This document shows, piece after piece, positions 28,349-38,555 of a DNA stretch of 64,000 nucleotides (the first letter of the stretch is position 1; every line of letters starts with the position of its first letter). Source of the stretch: Spirochaetaceae bacterium (lineage in GTDB: Bacteria; Spirochaetota; Spirochaetia; B11-G9). The notes beneath the pieces are model-generated. The model worked only from the letters and a program-made list of their open reading frames with translations, was not told the DNA's origin and searched no databases. The translations under genes and the position numbers were made by a program. Location of the stretch: positions 23,153 through 87,152 of the forward strand of contig WGCU01000077.1 of NCBI GenBank assembly GCA_015493635.1. The letters are read 5' to 3'.

Positions 28349-28882
28349 ATGACAAAAAAAATAGTATTTATATGCCTGTTCATTTTACTCGCGGGAGCAC
28401 CCTCCCTGATATTTTCCCAGGAACAGCCTGTATCTCCTGCACTGCAATACAAAGAAATAACCACCGCTCAGATAACCTTTAAGTGGACCATCAGTGAAGG
28501 TAATCTGTACGTTATTCTTTCCGCACCGACAGACGGCTGGGTTTCCGTAGGATTTGATCCGACACGAATGATGAAAGACGCAAATATAATTATCGGCTAC
28601 GTTAAAGGAACTGAAGTTGTTATTGACGACCAGTTCGGAATAAGAACGACATCCCACAAACCGGATACAGAGCTGGGAGGAACGAACGATGTTACCGTTT
28701 TGGGAGGCAGTGACACCGGAGGCATAACTACCCTCAGATTCTCCATTCCGCTTGATTCAAGGGATACCTTTGACCGGAAGATTGAAAAGGGGAATGAGTA
28801 CACCATACTTGTTGCATACGGAGCAAGAGACAATCTGACATCGTACCACAATAAAAGAGGAAAGGTAAAAATCACATTTTAA
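28349..28882 (+). CDS. Exported DOMON-domain protein
   Basis: GWVSVGF...MMKDANIIIG, TTLRFSIPL, ILVAYG...YHNKRG. Confidence 0.85.
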   Translation: MTKKIVFICLFILLAGAPSLIFSQEQPVSPALQYKEITTAQITFKWTISEGNLYVILSAPTDGWVSVGFDPTRMMKDANIIIGYVKGTEVVIDDQFGIRTTSHKPDTELGGTNDVTVLGGSDTGGITTLRFSIPLDSRDTFDRKIEKGNEYTILVAYGARDNLTSYHNKRGKVKITF

Positions 28883-28991
28883 TTGTTCTCAAATAACATA
28901 TTTCATGAATTTCATAACAATATTTGCTAACTTATAACTTTTTCTTGACAAAAAGCTGTTTTTGTTGGAAAATAGTACAGGAGGATAAGAT

Positions 28992-29381
28992 ATGGGTAAA
29001 ATTTATGTAATAGACGATGATCCTGATATTATTGATTTTCTGACCCTTGTCCTTGAAAAAGAGGGCCATTCTGTCGGTTTCCAAACCGATGAACAGAATG
29101 CGCCGAAAAACGCAGCTACCTTTGGAGCAGACCTTATTATTCTGGATGTTATCTTTCCGGAAAACGACAGTGCCGGGTTTGAAATTGCCCGGGAGCTAAA
29201 ACATAGCAACCAGACAAAAAAAATCCCCATTATCATTCTTTCTGCTGTCAATCAAATGGGGAATTATTCGGGAAGTTTTTCCAACAGAGACAAGAACGAC
29301 ATCTATCTTCCCATAGAGGAATTCACTGAAAAACCCATTGAACCGGCAAAACTTATCAAGATAGTACAGAAACTTCTATGA
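28992..29381 (+). CDS. Single-domain response regulator (receiver only)
   Basis: IDDD, ILDVIFP, PIIILSA, KP. Confidence 0.9.
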   Translation: MGKIYVIDDDPDIIDFLTLVLEKEGHSVGFQTDEQNAPKNAATFGADLIILDVIFPENDSAGFEIARELKHSNQTKKIPIIILSAVNQMGNYSGSFSNRDKNDIYLPIEEFTEKPIEPAKLIKIVQKLL

Positions 29382-30562
29382 GTATCCAGCAATCCTTTCC
29401 TCATTCCTCTATAGCTATTGTAGGAATGGGGAAAGGAGGTACATCAATTTTAAAGCTGCTTCTGCAAATCACGGGAGCCACGGTAAAGTATATTTGTGAT
29501 ACCAATCCAAAAACTGAAGGGATGATTCTTGGTTCCAGAATTGGTATTACCTGCTTAACAGAACTTAAGGGTTCTGATGTTGTAAGAGACAGATCCCTCA
29601 ATCTGATTTTTGAAGCTACCGGCAAAAAGGATATTTTTGAATATCTACAGGAAGAAGTAGCTACATACTGCACTGTTATCGGTGCCGTCGGGGCTCGGGT
29701 AATTTATTACCTTCTCGACGGACAGCAAAAAATTACCGAAGAGCTGCAGCAGTGCAAGCTGATCCTCTCAGAAAAGGTAATGGAGAGAACGGAAGAACTT
29801 GAAAAAAGCAACCTGGAATTACAACGGCAGATTAATGACTATCAGGAACTGAATAAAAAATTACATCAGATCAATGAAGAAAAAACAAAATATCTTGTAA
29901 ATGCGACACATCAGCTAAAAGCGCCCTTTGCAGCTATTCAAAGTTACACCGAGCTGCTTCTCGACGGTTACGCGGATACCTTTTCCGAAAAAGCGGAATC
30001 AATACTACGAAAGATGAAAGACCGCTGTATCCTTCTTTCCAGTTCCATTAAAGAGATGCTGGAACTGGCAAATTTAAATTCATTTCTTGAAGAGAATTTA
30101 CAGACGGATACGGAGAATCTTGACACCATTTTGCAAAAGGTTGTTGATTCTTTGCATCCTCTTATAAAAAGAAAGCACATGATCGTTACGTTTCATTCCG
30201 GGAAGAGGCCCCATATAATCCGATGCAATAAAAAACAGATTGAAGCTCTCGCACAGATCCTTCTGGAAAACGCGGTTAATTATTCAGACCCGGGAATGCC
30301 GATTGATATCCTGATCAAGAAGGACAAGGGAGGCAGAATACTTTTTTCAGTTTCTGATAAGGGAATAGGAATCGATAAAAAGAATTTGCAGAATATCTTT
30401 AAAGAATATTTCAGGACAAACAGAGGCGTACAAAAATCCTACAATGGAAGCGGTCTTGGACTTGCAATTGCAAAACGGATAGCAGAGCTTCACCGCAGTG
30501 ATATCTCTGTTGACAGCATCTCCGGCGAAGGTTCTGTTTTTAAAATAGAGTTTCCCAAGTAA
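29378..30562 (+). CDS. Cytoplasmic sensor histidine kinase with an N-terminal Rossmann-like domain
   Basis: IAIVGMGKGG...ICD...IFEATG; H-box THQLKAP; LLENAVNY; DKGIGI; GSGLGL; no TM helix. Confidence 0.88.
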   Translation: MSIQQSFPHSSIAIVGMGKGGTSILKLLLQITGATVKYICDTNPKTEGMILGSRIGITCLTELKGSDVVRDRSLNLIFEATGKKDIFEYLQEEVATYCTVIGAVGARVIYYLLDGQQKITEELQQCKLILSEKVMERTEELEKSNLELQRQINDYQELNKKLHQINEEKTKYLVNATHQLKAPFAAIQSYTELLLDGYADTFSEKAESILRKMKDRCILLSSSIKEMLELANLNSFLEENLQTDTENLDTILQKVVDSLHPLIKRKHMIVTFHSGKRPHIIRCNKKQIEALAQILLENAVNYSDPGMPIDILIKKDKGGRILFSVSDKGIGIDKKNLQNIFKEYFRTNRGVQKSYNGSGLGLAIAKRIAELHRSDISVDSISGEGSVFKIEFPK

Positions 30563-30573
30563 AATTTATCATA

Positions 30574-30894
30574 TTATAGAGCCCGGGATACGACATACAC
30601 ATACTTCAAAATGTTACCGCCCGTATTTTTAACATTATGTTCTGTTTCCGGGGGACAGTAAAAAAAAGTACCTTCGTGTAAGGCGGCAGGATCCCTGCCG
30701 GAGATAAGAAACTCTCCCTTCCCTTCAAGTACGATAATGAGCTCCTCACGGTCGTTTGTACTATGGATCCCCACTGTTTCTCCCGGCCGCAACCGTACCA
30801 GTCCTGAACGCATAACAACACTTTCCGGAAATCCTCGTAAAATTCGTGAGAACCCCGCTTCCTTCTCTTCCGGAATAATAAGTTTTGGTTCCAT
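30574..30894 (-). CDS. Cupin domain protein
   Basis: LRPGETVGIHST..REELIIVLEGKG, PPETEHNVKNTG. Confidence 0.85.
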   Translation of the reverse strand: MEPKLIIPEEKEAGFSRILRGFPESVVMRSGLVRLRPGETVGIHSTNDREELIIVLEGKGEFLISGRDPAALHEGTFFYCPPETEHNVKNTGGNILKYVYVVSRAL

Positions 30895-31051
30895 AATACC
30901 TCCCTGTTGACCGTAAGTATACTTCATTATTTATCTTTTTGCTATCATTATTTTATATTTTAGTATATTTTATTTGATTTATCATATTTATTGTGATATA
31001 TTTTTAGTAATTGATATATCTTATACTTTCTCCTCGATATCGGAGATGTTG

Positions 31052-33361
31052 ATGAAAGGGTTCGAATTACAAGCAACCGCTCCTCTTTCAGCCAGAGTTA
31101 TATCTGTGGATGGGAGAATTCAGGGAGTAGGGTTCAGGCCTTTTTTGTACCGTCTTGCTGAAAAGTATGAATTAACGGGCTGGGTGAAGAACTGCACCGA
31201 TGGAGTCCGCATATACATCGAAGGGCCTGAAAACAAAGTGCACTTGTTTATTAACGGGATCACATTAGACGCACCGGCTGCAGCCAAGGTACATTCTGTT
31301 CACGTCTCACCGGCAGCACAGGAATTCCTGCCCCGGTTTTCTATTCTTCCTTCAGAATCAGAAAAAACGAATGCTGCCATTTCTGAAATTCCTCCGGATA
31401 TAGCAGTCTGTAAAGAGTGCCTTTCAGACATGAAATCCCATGGGTCACGGCTAAACTATTTCTTTACAAACTGTACCAACTGCGGTCCCCGGTTCACTAT
31501 CATCAAAGCCCTTCCCTATGACAGGGAAAGTACAACGATGGTTCCCTTTACCATGTGCGGTAACTGTCAAAAAGAATACAGAGAGGTAACAGACAGAAGG
31601 TTTCACGCGCAGCCGGTCAGCTGTCTTAAGTGCGGTCCGTCTTATACCTTTCAGAGTAAAGATGAAACAATCACCAATGACCGGTTAATTTTACAGAAAA
31701 TCAGGGAGATAGTAGCAAACGGCGGTATATGCGCCATTAAAGGGCTGGGAGGTTACCACCTGGTCTGTGATCCCTTTAACACTGAAGCTGTTGAAAGATT
31801 GCGTAAAGTAAAGAAACGCGAAGGCAAGCCTTTTGCCGTTATGTTTCCCACCGTAGAGGAAATAAGGAACCATGTGCAGGTATCCGAAACCGAAGAAAAA
31901 GCCTTAACCTCTTCTGCCGCCCCGATTGTACTTTTGAAACTCCGCAGAGGAACCTCAATCTCCTCCGTTGTGTACAGAAACCTGCCGGCACTGGGATGTA
32001 TCCTCCCCTACACCCCCTTCTACCATGCTCTTTTCTCCATTACCGGACTGAAAGCTCTCGTTCTTACGAGCGGTAATATCTCTCATCAGACCCTTGTTAC
32101 CGATAACAGGGAAGCTCTTTCCCTGTTTTTGGAAAGTACCGACGGAGTTGTTACGTACAACAGGGAAATCCATAACAGATGTGATGATTCAGTCGGCAGG
32201 GTATCAGCTAATATGTTTCGTCTTATCCGGCGTTCCCGGGGATGGGTCCCGGAATCCCTGCCTCTGAAAAATAATGCGGAAGGGATACTTGCCGTAGGGG
32301 CGGAACTTAAAACCTGCTTTTGTATCGGGAAAAACCACCGGGCTATTCTCAGCCAGCACATAGGCGATCTTAAAAACCCTGAAACGGTTGAAACCTTTAG
32401 CAGCACCGTTGAGCGGTTTAAACAACTTTTCCGCTTTTCTCCTTCTCTCATTGTTCACGATCTTCATCCTGACTACGCTTCTACAAGATTTGCCCGTTCT
32501 CTCGGTCTACCGGTGCTGGAAGTTCAGCATCACCATGCCCATATTGCCTCCTGCCTGGCGGAGAATGGAAAAGACGAGACCGTTATCGGTTTCAGTTATG
32601 ACGGGACAGGACGTGGGGATGACGGGAATATTTGGGGAGGTGAAGTTTTACTGTGCGACCTGGAAGGGTATCAGCGTGCTTACCACCTGCCGTATCTTCC
32701 CATGCCCGGAGGCGATGCAGTTGTGGCAGAACCATGGAGAATGGCACTCTCCGTGCTTTACCGGACATACGGTAAAAACCTTTTACGGATGCCAGTTCTC
32801 TTCCTGAAAACTCAGGACCGGAACAAAATTGATATTGTTCTGAAAATGATCGAACGGAAGATCAACACGCCCTTAACGTCAAGTATGGGACGGCTGTTTG
32901 ATGCTGTCTCAGCCCTTCTTGGTCTCTGTACGAAGGCATCCTTTGACGCGGAAGCACCCATGCGTCTGGAGGCTGTTCTGAAACAGGGTGTAACAACGTT
33001 CTATCCTGTCCCGGTGACTGAAACAATTGATACCTCGCACCTCATAACGGGAATCATTGATGACATCCTGCGGAACGTTACTCCCGGGGAAATATCGGCC
33101 AAATTTCACAACAGCATTATCCACATGACCGGTACCATAGCCGAACGTATACGCAACCGTACCGGTGTATCGGTCTGTGCTCTCTCAGGAGGTGTTTTTA
33201 TGAATGCATATCTCCTTGAAGGATGTACGAAAATACTGGAGCAAAAAGGGTTCAGTGTATTATCTCACACCGAGATCCCGTGTAATGACGGTGGAATCGC
33301 ATTGGGACAGTTGGCGATAGGTGCAAAAAAACGGGAAAAAGGAGCCGCATCATGTGTTTAA
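31052..33361 (+). CDS. hypF: [NiFe]-hydrogenase carbamoyltransferase
   Basis: GRIQGVGFRPF, CKEC, NCTNCGPRF, RRFHAQP, QHHHAH, TSSMGRLFDA, NDGGIALGQ. Confidence 0.97.
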   Translation: MKGFELQATAPLSARVISVDGRIQGVGFRPFLYRLAEKYELTGWVKNCTDGVRIYIEGPENKVHLFINGITLDAPAAAKVHSVHVSPAAQEFLPRFSILPSESEKTNAAISEIPPDIAVCKECLSDMKSHGSRLNYFFTNCTNCGPRFTIIKALPYDRESTTMVPFTMCGNCQKEYREVTDRRFHAQPVSCLKCGPSYTFQSKDETITNDRLILQKIREIVANGGICAIKGLGGYHLVCDPFNTEAVERLRKVKKREGKPFAVMFPTVEEIRNHVQVSETEEKALTSSAAPIVLLKLRRGTSISSVVYRNLPALGCILPYTPFYHALFSITGLKALVLTSGNISHQTLVTDNREALSLFLESTDGVVTYNREIHNRCDDSVGRVSANMFRLIRRSRGWVPESLPLKNNAEGILAVGAELKTCFCIGKNHRAILSQHIGDLKNPETVETFSSTVERFKQLFRFSPSLIVHDLHPDYASTRFARSLGLPVLEVQHHHAHIASCLAENGKDETVIGFSYDGTGRGDDGNIWGGEVLLCDLEGYQRAYHLPYLPMPGGDAVVAEPWRMALSVLYRTYGKNLLRMPVLFLKTQDRNKIDIVLKMIERKINTPLTSSMGRLFDAVSALLGLCTKASFDAEAPMRLEAVLKQGVTTFYPVPVTETIDTSHLITGIIDDILRNVTPGEISAKFHNSIIHMTGTIAERIRNRTGVSVCALSGGVFMNAYLLEGCTKILEQKGFSVLSHTEIPCNDGGIALGQLAIGAKKREKGAASCV

Positions 33362-33591
33362 GTATTCCAGCTGAAATTATTTCCATTGAAGAAAATGGAA
33401 GGGCTCTCGTAAGTGTGGGAGGCACCAGATACAAGGCAAGTTTAATCCTTGTGGATAATGTAAAACCGGGAGATTTTATTCTTCTTCACTCGGGATACGC
33501 AATAGGTAAAATTGATCCTGAGAGAGCGTATGAAACACTGCATCTCATGGAAGGAATCAAGAGGAAGGCTGATGATACCACTCATGAGTGA
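33352..33591 (+). CDS. hypC: Hydrogenase chaperone
   Basis: MCLSIPA...GDFILLHSGYAI. Confidence 0.95.
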   Translation: MCLSIPAEIISIEENGRALVSVGGTRYKASLILVDNVKPGDFILLHSGYAIGKIDPERAYETLHLMEGIKRKADDTTHE

Positions 33592-34669
33592 ATACAGGGA
33601 TAAAACCCGGGTAGACGAAATTCTTACAGCAATACGTGATATATCCCGAAAACAGGTAACATTCATGGAGGTATGCGGCGGCCATACCATGGCTATCCAT
33701 AAATCCGGCATTCCTTCGCTGCTTCCCTCCACCATAAAACTCTTATCCGGCCCCGGCTGCCCGGTATGTGTAACATCAAAGTACTTTATTGATGAGGCTG
33801 CGGCTCTTGCAAGAATGGATAACACCATTATTACAACCTTCGGTGATTTAATCCGCGTTCCCGGCTCACTCACCTCACTTTCCCGGGAGAAAGCGGATGG
33901 TCGAGATATACGAATGGTCTACTCCCCTCTGGATGCCCTGGCAGCTGCAAAGGAAAATCCTGATAAAAATGTAATTTTTCTGGGTATAGGATTTGAAACA
34001 ACAGCACCCTCAAGCGCTGCGGCGGTTCTTGAAGCGGAAACGCTGAAGCTTGACAATTTCTACATCCTCTCAGCACATAAAGTCATGCCGCCTGCCATGT
34101 CAGCGCTCATAGACGGGGGAGTAAAGATCAATGGATATATATGCCCCGGACATGTCAGCACCATAACGGGATCTCGGATATACAAACCCCTCGTCGAGAA
34201 ATACCGCATTGGATGTGTCGTTTCCGGTTTTGAGCCGCTTGATATCCTTCAGACCATATTCCTTCTTGTTAAACAGTGTGAAACAGACACTCCCGAACTG
34301 GAAAATCAATACACAAGAGCTGTTCAGGATAACGGGAACAGGAAAGCCCTCTCTCTGATGAACAAGGTTTTTGAACGTTCCGATGACTGGTGGCGGGGAC
34401 TTGGAATTATACCTGACAGCGGATTGCAGTTAAAAAAACAGTACATAAAACATGACGCCCACAGGGTTTTTGAAATCAATTTTGAAAAAGGCCCCGAAGA
34501 AGAGGCCGGATGCAGATGCGGTGATGTCCTGAAAGGAACCATTTCACCTCCGGAATGTCCCCTCTTTTCCCGCGTCTGTACTCCCGGAAATCCCGTAGGA
34601 GCCTGCATGGTTTCCAGTGAAGGGGCCTGTGCCGCATGGTTCAGATACTCAGGGGAGGCAAAACCATGA
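33572..34669 (+). CDS. hypD: Hydrogenase maturation Fe-S protein
   Basis: MEVCGGHT, GPGCPVC, GFETTAP, PGHVS, GACMVSSEGACAA. Confidence 0.97.
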   Translation: MIPLMSEYRDKTRVDEILTAIRDISRKQVTFMEVCGGHTMAIHKSGIPSLLPSTIKLLSGPGCPVCVTSKYFIDEAAALARMDNTIITTFGDLIRVPGSLTSLSREKADGRDIRMVYSPLDALAAAKENPDKNVIFLGIGFETTAPSSAAAVLEAETLKLDNFYILSAHKVMPPAMSALIDGGVKINGYICPGHVSTITGSRIYKPLVEKYRIGCVVSGFEPLDILQTIFLLVKQCETDTPELENQYTRAVQDNGNRKALSLMNKVFERSDDWWRGLGIIPDSGLQLKKQYIKHDAHRVFEINFEKGPEEEAGCRCGDVLKGTISPPECPLFSRVCTPGNPVGACMVSSEGACAAWFRYSGEAKP

Positions 34670-35673
34670 AAGGGATCATTACCATGGATCATGGAAGCGG
34701 ATACGGCCGGACGTCCGAGCTTATCGAATCCCTTTTTCTTGCCTCTTTTTCCGGTACAGGGCTGTCCGACCAGGGAGATTCAGCAATTCTTAGTATCGGA
34801 TCTGATCACATAGCGTTTACCACAGATTCATTCGTCATTAAACCGGTATTTTTCCCCGGAGGAGATATCGGGAAGCTTGCCGTCTGCGGTACGGTAAATG
34901 ATCTGGCCGTTTCTGGAGCCCATCCCCGGTATCTTTCCTGCGGATTCATACTTGAGGAAGGTCTTCCGCTGGAGGATCTGGAACGTATTGTTGCATCCAT
35001 GGCACAAACAGCACAAGCAGGCGGTGTAAAGATTGTTACCGGTGATACGAAGGTTGTCGAGAAGGGTTCATGCGACAAACTGTACATCAATACAGCAGGC
35101 ATAGGTACCATAAGGGAAGAATATACCCATATTACAAATGCTGAAAAGGTGAAACCCGGGGATGTCATTATCATAAACGGTACCATAGCTGAACACGGTC
35201 TTGCTGTTCTTTCATTTCGAAACTCATTTGAAAACTCAATTATCTCTGACTGCACTCCCCTGTCCGGGCTCATAGAGAAATGTCTGGAATCGGGTGCTGA
35301 TATCCGGTTCATGAGAGACGCGACCCGCGGCGGGATTGCGGCGGTTTTATCAGAACTGGCGGTAAAAACAAAAACCGGAATAGAACTCTTTGAAAATGCA
35401 ATTCCCATAAGGGATGAGGTTGCCGGACTGTGCGAGATGCTCGGGTTTGATCCTCTGTACGTTGCCAATGAGGGAAAGGTTTTAATGGCGGTATCAGAAA
35501 AGGAGGCCGGTAAAGTACTTTCAGTGCTGCATAACCATCCGGACGGGAAGAACAGCAGCATCATGGGAACCGTAACAGAGAAACATCCGGGAAGCATTGT
35601 TCTTAATACTTCCATAGGCGGCAGGCGGATCGTTGATATTCCCGCCGGAACACAGCTGCCGAGGATATGCTGA
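34666..35673 (+). CDS. hypE: Carbamoyl dehydratase
   Basis: FTTDSF, GTVNDLA, GDTKVV, RDATRGG, ANEG, C-terminal PRIC. Confidence 0.97.
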   Translation: MKGIITMDHGSGYGRTSELIESLFLASFSGTGLSDQGDSAILSIGSDHIAFTTDSFVIKPVFFPGGDIGKLAVCGTVNDLAVSGAHPRYLSCGFILEEGLPLEDLERIVASMAQTAQAGGVKIVTGDTKVVEKGSCDKLYINTAGIGTIREEYTHITNAEKVKPGDVIIINGTIAEHGLAVLSFRNSFENSIISDCTPLSGLIEKCLESGADIRFMRDATRGGIAAVLSELAVKTKTGIELFENAIPIRDEVAGLCEMLGFDPLYVANEGKVLMAVSEKEAGKVLSVLHNHPDGKNSSIMGTVTEKHPGSIVLNTSIGGRRIVDIPAGTQLPRIC

Positions 35674-36020
35674 TGCATGAGATGAGCGTTGTATCGAACA
35701 TTATAAAGATTGCCCTCCAGACAGCGGAAGAAAATAATCTCGCAGCAGTAACGAAAATCAGAATAAAGGTAGGCAGTCAGCATCATCTGGCTCCTGATCT
35801 CATGGAATACGCTTTTTCTTTTTTTAAAAAAGATACCGCTGCCGCTGAAGCTTCCCTGGAAATCAAAAAAGTACCGGTAACCATGAAATGTCTCCGATGC
35901 GGCAGAACCTTTACCGTAAACGAAGGTATCTATATCTGTCCTGTATGTGAATCGGTACACGTGGAAATGCTGACAGGCAGAGAATTAATTATTGAAAATA
36001 TAGAGGGGGAAACACAGTGA
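35673..36020 (+). CDS. hypA: Hydrogenase nickel chaperone
   Basis: MHEMS, CLRC, CPVC, GREL. Confidence 0.95.
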   Translation: MHEMSVVSNIIKIALQTAEENNLAAVTKIRIKVGSQHHLAPDLMEYAFSFFKKDTAAAEASLEIKKVPVTMKCLRCGRTFTVNEGIYICPVCESVHVEMLTGRELIIENIEGETQ

Positions 36021-36682
36021 AAATAGAAGTGATGAAGGCCTTGATGGAGGATAATGCCAGCAATGCCCAAAAATTACGGAATTTGTTTTCAGAAAAAGAA
36101 GTTCTGGTACTTAATCTTATCAGTTCTCCGGGATCAGGAAAAACCACTCTTCTGGAGAAAACGCTGGCGGAATTGAAGGATAGATATTCCATAGGGGTTA
36201 TTGAAGGAGATATTACCACAGCGAGAGACGCTGAAAGGCTTACACAGTTCAATATACCCCAGGTAGTTATCAATACTGATGGAGCCTGTCACTTGAACGC
36301 CAACAGCATCGAAAAAGCCCTGGAGAGTTTTGATCTTGATGCGCTGGACCTTCTTTTCGTTGAGAACGTAGGAAACCTTGTATGTCCGTCGGAGTTCGAC
36401 ATCGGGGAGTATGCCAAAATAGCAATGGTAAGCACCACAGAAGGAGATGATAAACCGGCCAAGTATCCCCTCCTTTTTCAGGAGGCAAAACTTGCACTCC
36501 TGAATAAAACAGACCTTATTCCCTACACAAACTTCAATTCGGACGCTTTTTACCGGGATTTACAGAATATCAACCCCGGAATACCTGTCCTTGAGATGTC
36601 GTGCATAACCAATGACGGTCTTTCGGGCTGGTTTGAATGGATAATAGCAGAACTGAAAAAAAGGAGGATACATAATGACTGA
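36017..36682 (+). CDS. hypB: Hydrogenase nickel-insertion GTPase
   Basis: SSPGSGKTTLL, IEGD, CHL, ENVGNLVCP, EGDDKPAKYP, NKTDL. Confidence 0.96.
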   Translation: MKIEVMKALMEDNASNAQKLRNLFSEKEVLVLNLISSPGSGKTTLLEKTLAELKDRYSIGVIEGDITTARDAERLTQFNIPQVVINTDGACHLNANSIEKALESFDLDALDLLFVENVGNLVCPSEFDIGEYAKIAMVSTTEGDDKPAKYPLLFQEAKLALLNKTDLIPYTNFNSDAFYRDLQNINPGIPVLEMSCITNDGLSGWFEWIIAELKKRRIHND

Positions 36683-38555
36683 AGTACTGGAGATACAGTC
36701 AACGAAAGATAATGTAATGCTGGGTCTGCAAAAAGCACTCTCGGAATACTCCATCGCCGCACTTACCAGAAAGGGAGGGAAAGTCCTTTTCGATTATGTG
36801 GATTCTGTTGATAAAATAGAACTTGAATATACGCCTACTGTTCTTTCCCCAAAGAAGTTCTTTTTCCCGCAGGAGGAAGTTATTCTGGAGTATACCCTTG
36901 AAGGAAAGGTGAATACAAAAATTGAGTATAAAAAGACAGTCCTGTTCGGTGTCAGACCCTGTGATATAACCGGAATACAGATCCTTGATGAAGCATTCTC
37001 AGAAAGTAACGGGGATCCGAACTACCTTACAAAACGGGAAAACTCGGTAATTATCGGCATCGACTGTAAAAGCGTATGTGATGAAAACGCCTTTTGCTAC
37101 AAGGTGGCTTCCCAGAATCCGGAGAAAGGGTTTGATATCATGCTCCGCGATCTTGGGAATGATTATGCCATGACCATCGCGACCCGGAAAGGTGAAGTGT
37201 TTGCTGAAGAATATTTCTCAACCTTCAAACCTGATTATGAGGCGCTGCATGAGTTCCGCGTTCAAAAAGAACGGGCCTTTGAAGAAGCGGGAGGTCCCTT
37301 TGAAGAACTTGAAAACCTGCCTGCAATATTCAGTGAGAACCAGTTTCATCCCATTTGGGATTCAGAAGCAGAACGGTGCTTAAGCTGCGGTTCCTGTATC
37401 ATGGTGTGTCCGACCTGTTACTGTTTCGATGTAATTGATGAGCTTTCCCTCAGTATGAAGATAGGAGACCGCCTCAGGAGATGGGACGCATGTATGCTGC
37501 GCAGTTTCGCGGAAGTATCCGGCGGTGAAAATTTCCGGGAAGAGGTAAAAAACAGGGTAAAGCACCGTATAAACAGAAAGTTCAATTTCCTCATGCTGAA
37601 ACACGGCAGATCTGTCTGTGTCGGCTGCGGCAGATGTGTACGGAGCTGTCTTGCTGATATTTCTCCGGTAACAATCGTGGATGCCCTGACAAAAACAAGT
37701 AAAGAGATGAGACTTGAAGAAAAAAACAATGATCTGTACCTGCCGGAGAAAGCATACATACGGAAGATAGAATCATTTACGGACAAAGAAAAGTTTTTTG
37801 AACTGGAAATGGAAAATGGTAAAAGCCTCGGGGCGCAGCCGGGTCAGTTTATCCTTCTTTCCATCTTCGGGATCGGGGAAGCTGCCATATCCGTATCTTC
37901 ACCCCCCAGTTTCGGAGACCGGTTTGAAATTGTTGTCCGTGCGGTTGGAGATGTTACCAACAAACTTCATACCCTTACTGAAGGTGATTTTGTTTTTATA
38001 CGGGGGCCTTTCGGCCATGGCTTTGATGAAAACATATTACGGAAAATGAAGGGGAAACATCTGCTCTTTATAGCCGGAGGTATAGGATACGTTCCGCTCC
38101 GTTCTCTCATTAACCTCACCTTAAAACAGACAGATTTGTACAAAAAGATATCAATTCTGTATGGCTGTAAAACACCTGAAGACAGGATGTACAAGGATGA
38201 ACTTGCCTATATTTCAACCCTCGGAGGCAACGTGGAACTCCTTGAAACTGTTGATAAGGGTGATGATACCTGGCTTAAAAATACCGGGGTAATAACAACC
38301 CTTATTCCCCAGGTCGATTTCGATCCTGAAGAGACAATTGCTGTTGTCTGCGGACCGCCGGTTATGTACAAATTCGTAACAAAAACCCTGAATGACCACG
38401 GTATTCCCAACAGCAGCATCTACGTTTCTCTGGAGAGAAGGATGAAATGCGGCGTAGGCAAGTGCGGCCACTGCCAGATTGATGATATCTATGTATGTCA
38501 GGATGGCCCTGTTTTCAGGTTCTCGGATATAGAAGATAAAGAGGAGGCACTGTAA
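36675..38555 (+). CDS. Fused group 3b hydrogenase beta (4Fe-4S) and gamma (FAD/NAD(P), 2Fe-2S) subunits
   Basis: N-half: PKKFFFP, GVRPCD, CLSCGSCIMVCPTCYC, CVGCGRCVRSC. C-half: PGQF, RGPFGHGF, AGGIG, CGPPVM, ERRMKCGVGKCGHC...VCQDGP. Confidence 0.9.
   Translation: MTEVLEIQSTKDNVMLGLQKALSEYSIAALTRKGGKVLFDYVDSVDKIELEYTPTVLSPKKFFFPQEEVILEYTLEGKVNTKIEYKKTVLFGVRPCDITGIQILDEAFSESNGDPNYLTKRENSVIIGIDCKSVCDENAFCYKVASQNPEKGFDIMLRDLGNDYAMTIATRKGEVFAEEYFSTFKPDYEALHEFRVQKERAFEEAGGPFEELENLPAIFSENQFHPIWDSEAERCLSCGSCIMVCPTCYCFDVIDELSLSMKIGDRLRRWDACMLRSFAEVSGGENFREEVKNRVKHRINRKFNFLMLKHGRSVCVGCGRCVRSCLADISPVTIVDALTKTSKEMRLEEKNNDLYLPEKAYIRKIESFTDKEKFFELEMENGKSLGAQPGQFILLSIFGIGEAAISVSSPPSFGDRFEIVVRAVGDVTNKLHTLTEGDFVFIRGPFGHGFDENILRKMKGKHLLFIAGGIGYVPLRSLINLTLKQTDLYKKISILYGCKTPEDRMYKDELAYISTLGGNVELLETVDKGDDTWLKNTGVITTLIPQVDFDPEETIAVVCGPPVMYKFVTKTLNDHGIPNSSIYVSLERRMKCGVGKCGHCQIDDIYVCQDGPVFRFSDIEDKEEAL

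Noticed and set aside
30991-31008. Possible Rex operator upstream of hypF
   Set aside because: Only one half-site (TTGTGA) is present, in very AT-rich DNA.
34806-35960. 384-aa minus-strand ORF
   Set aside because: Antisense shadow of hypE/hypA with no recognisable motifs.
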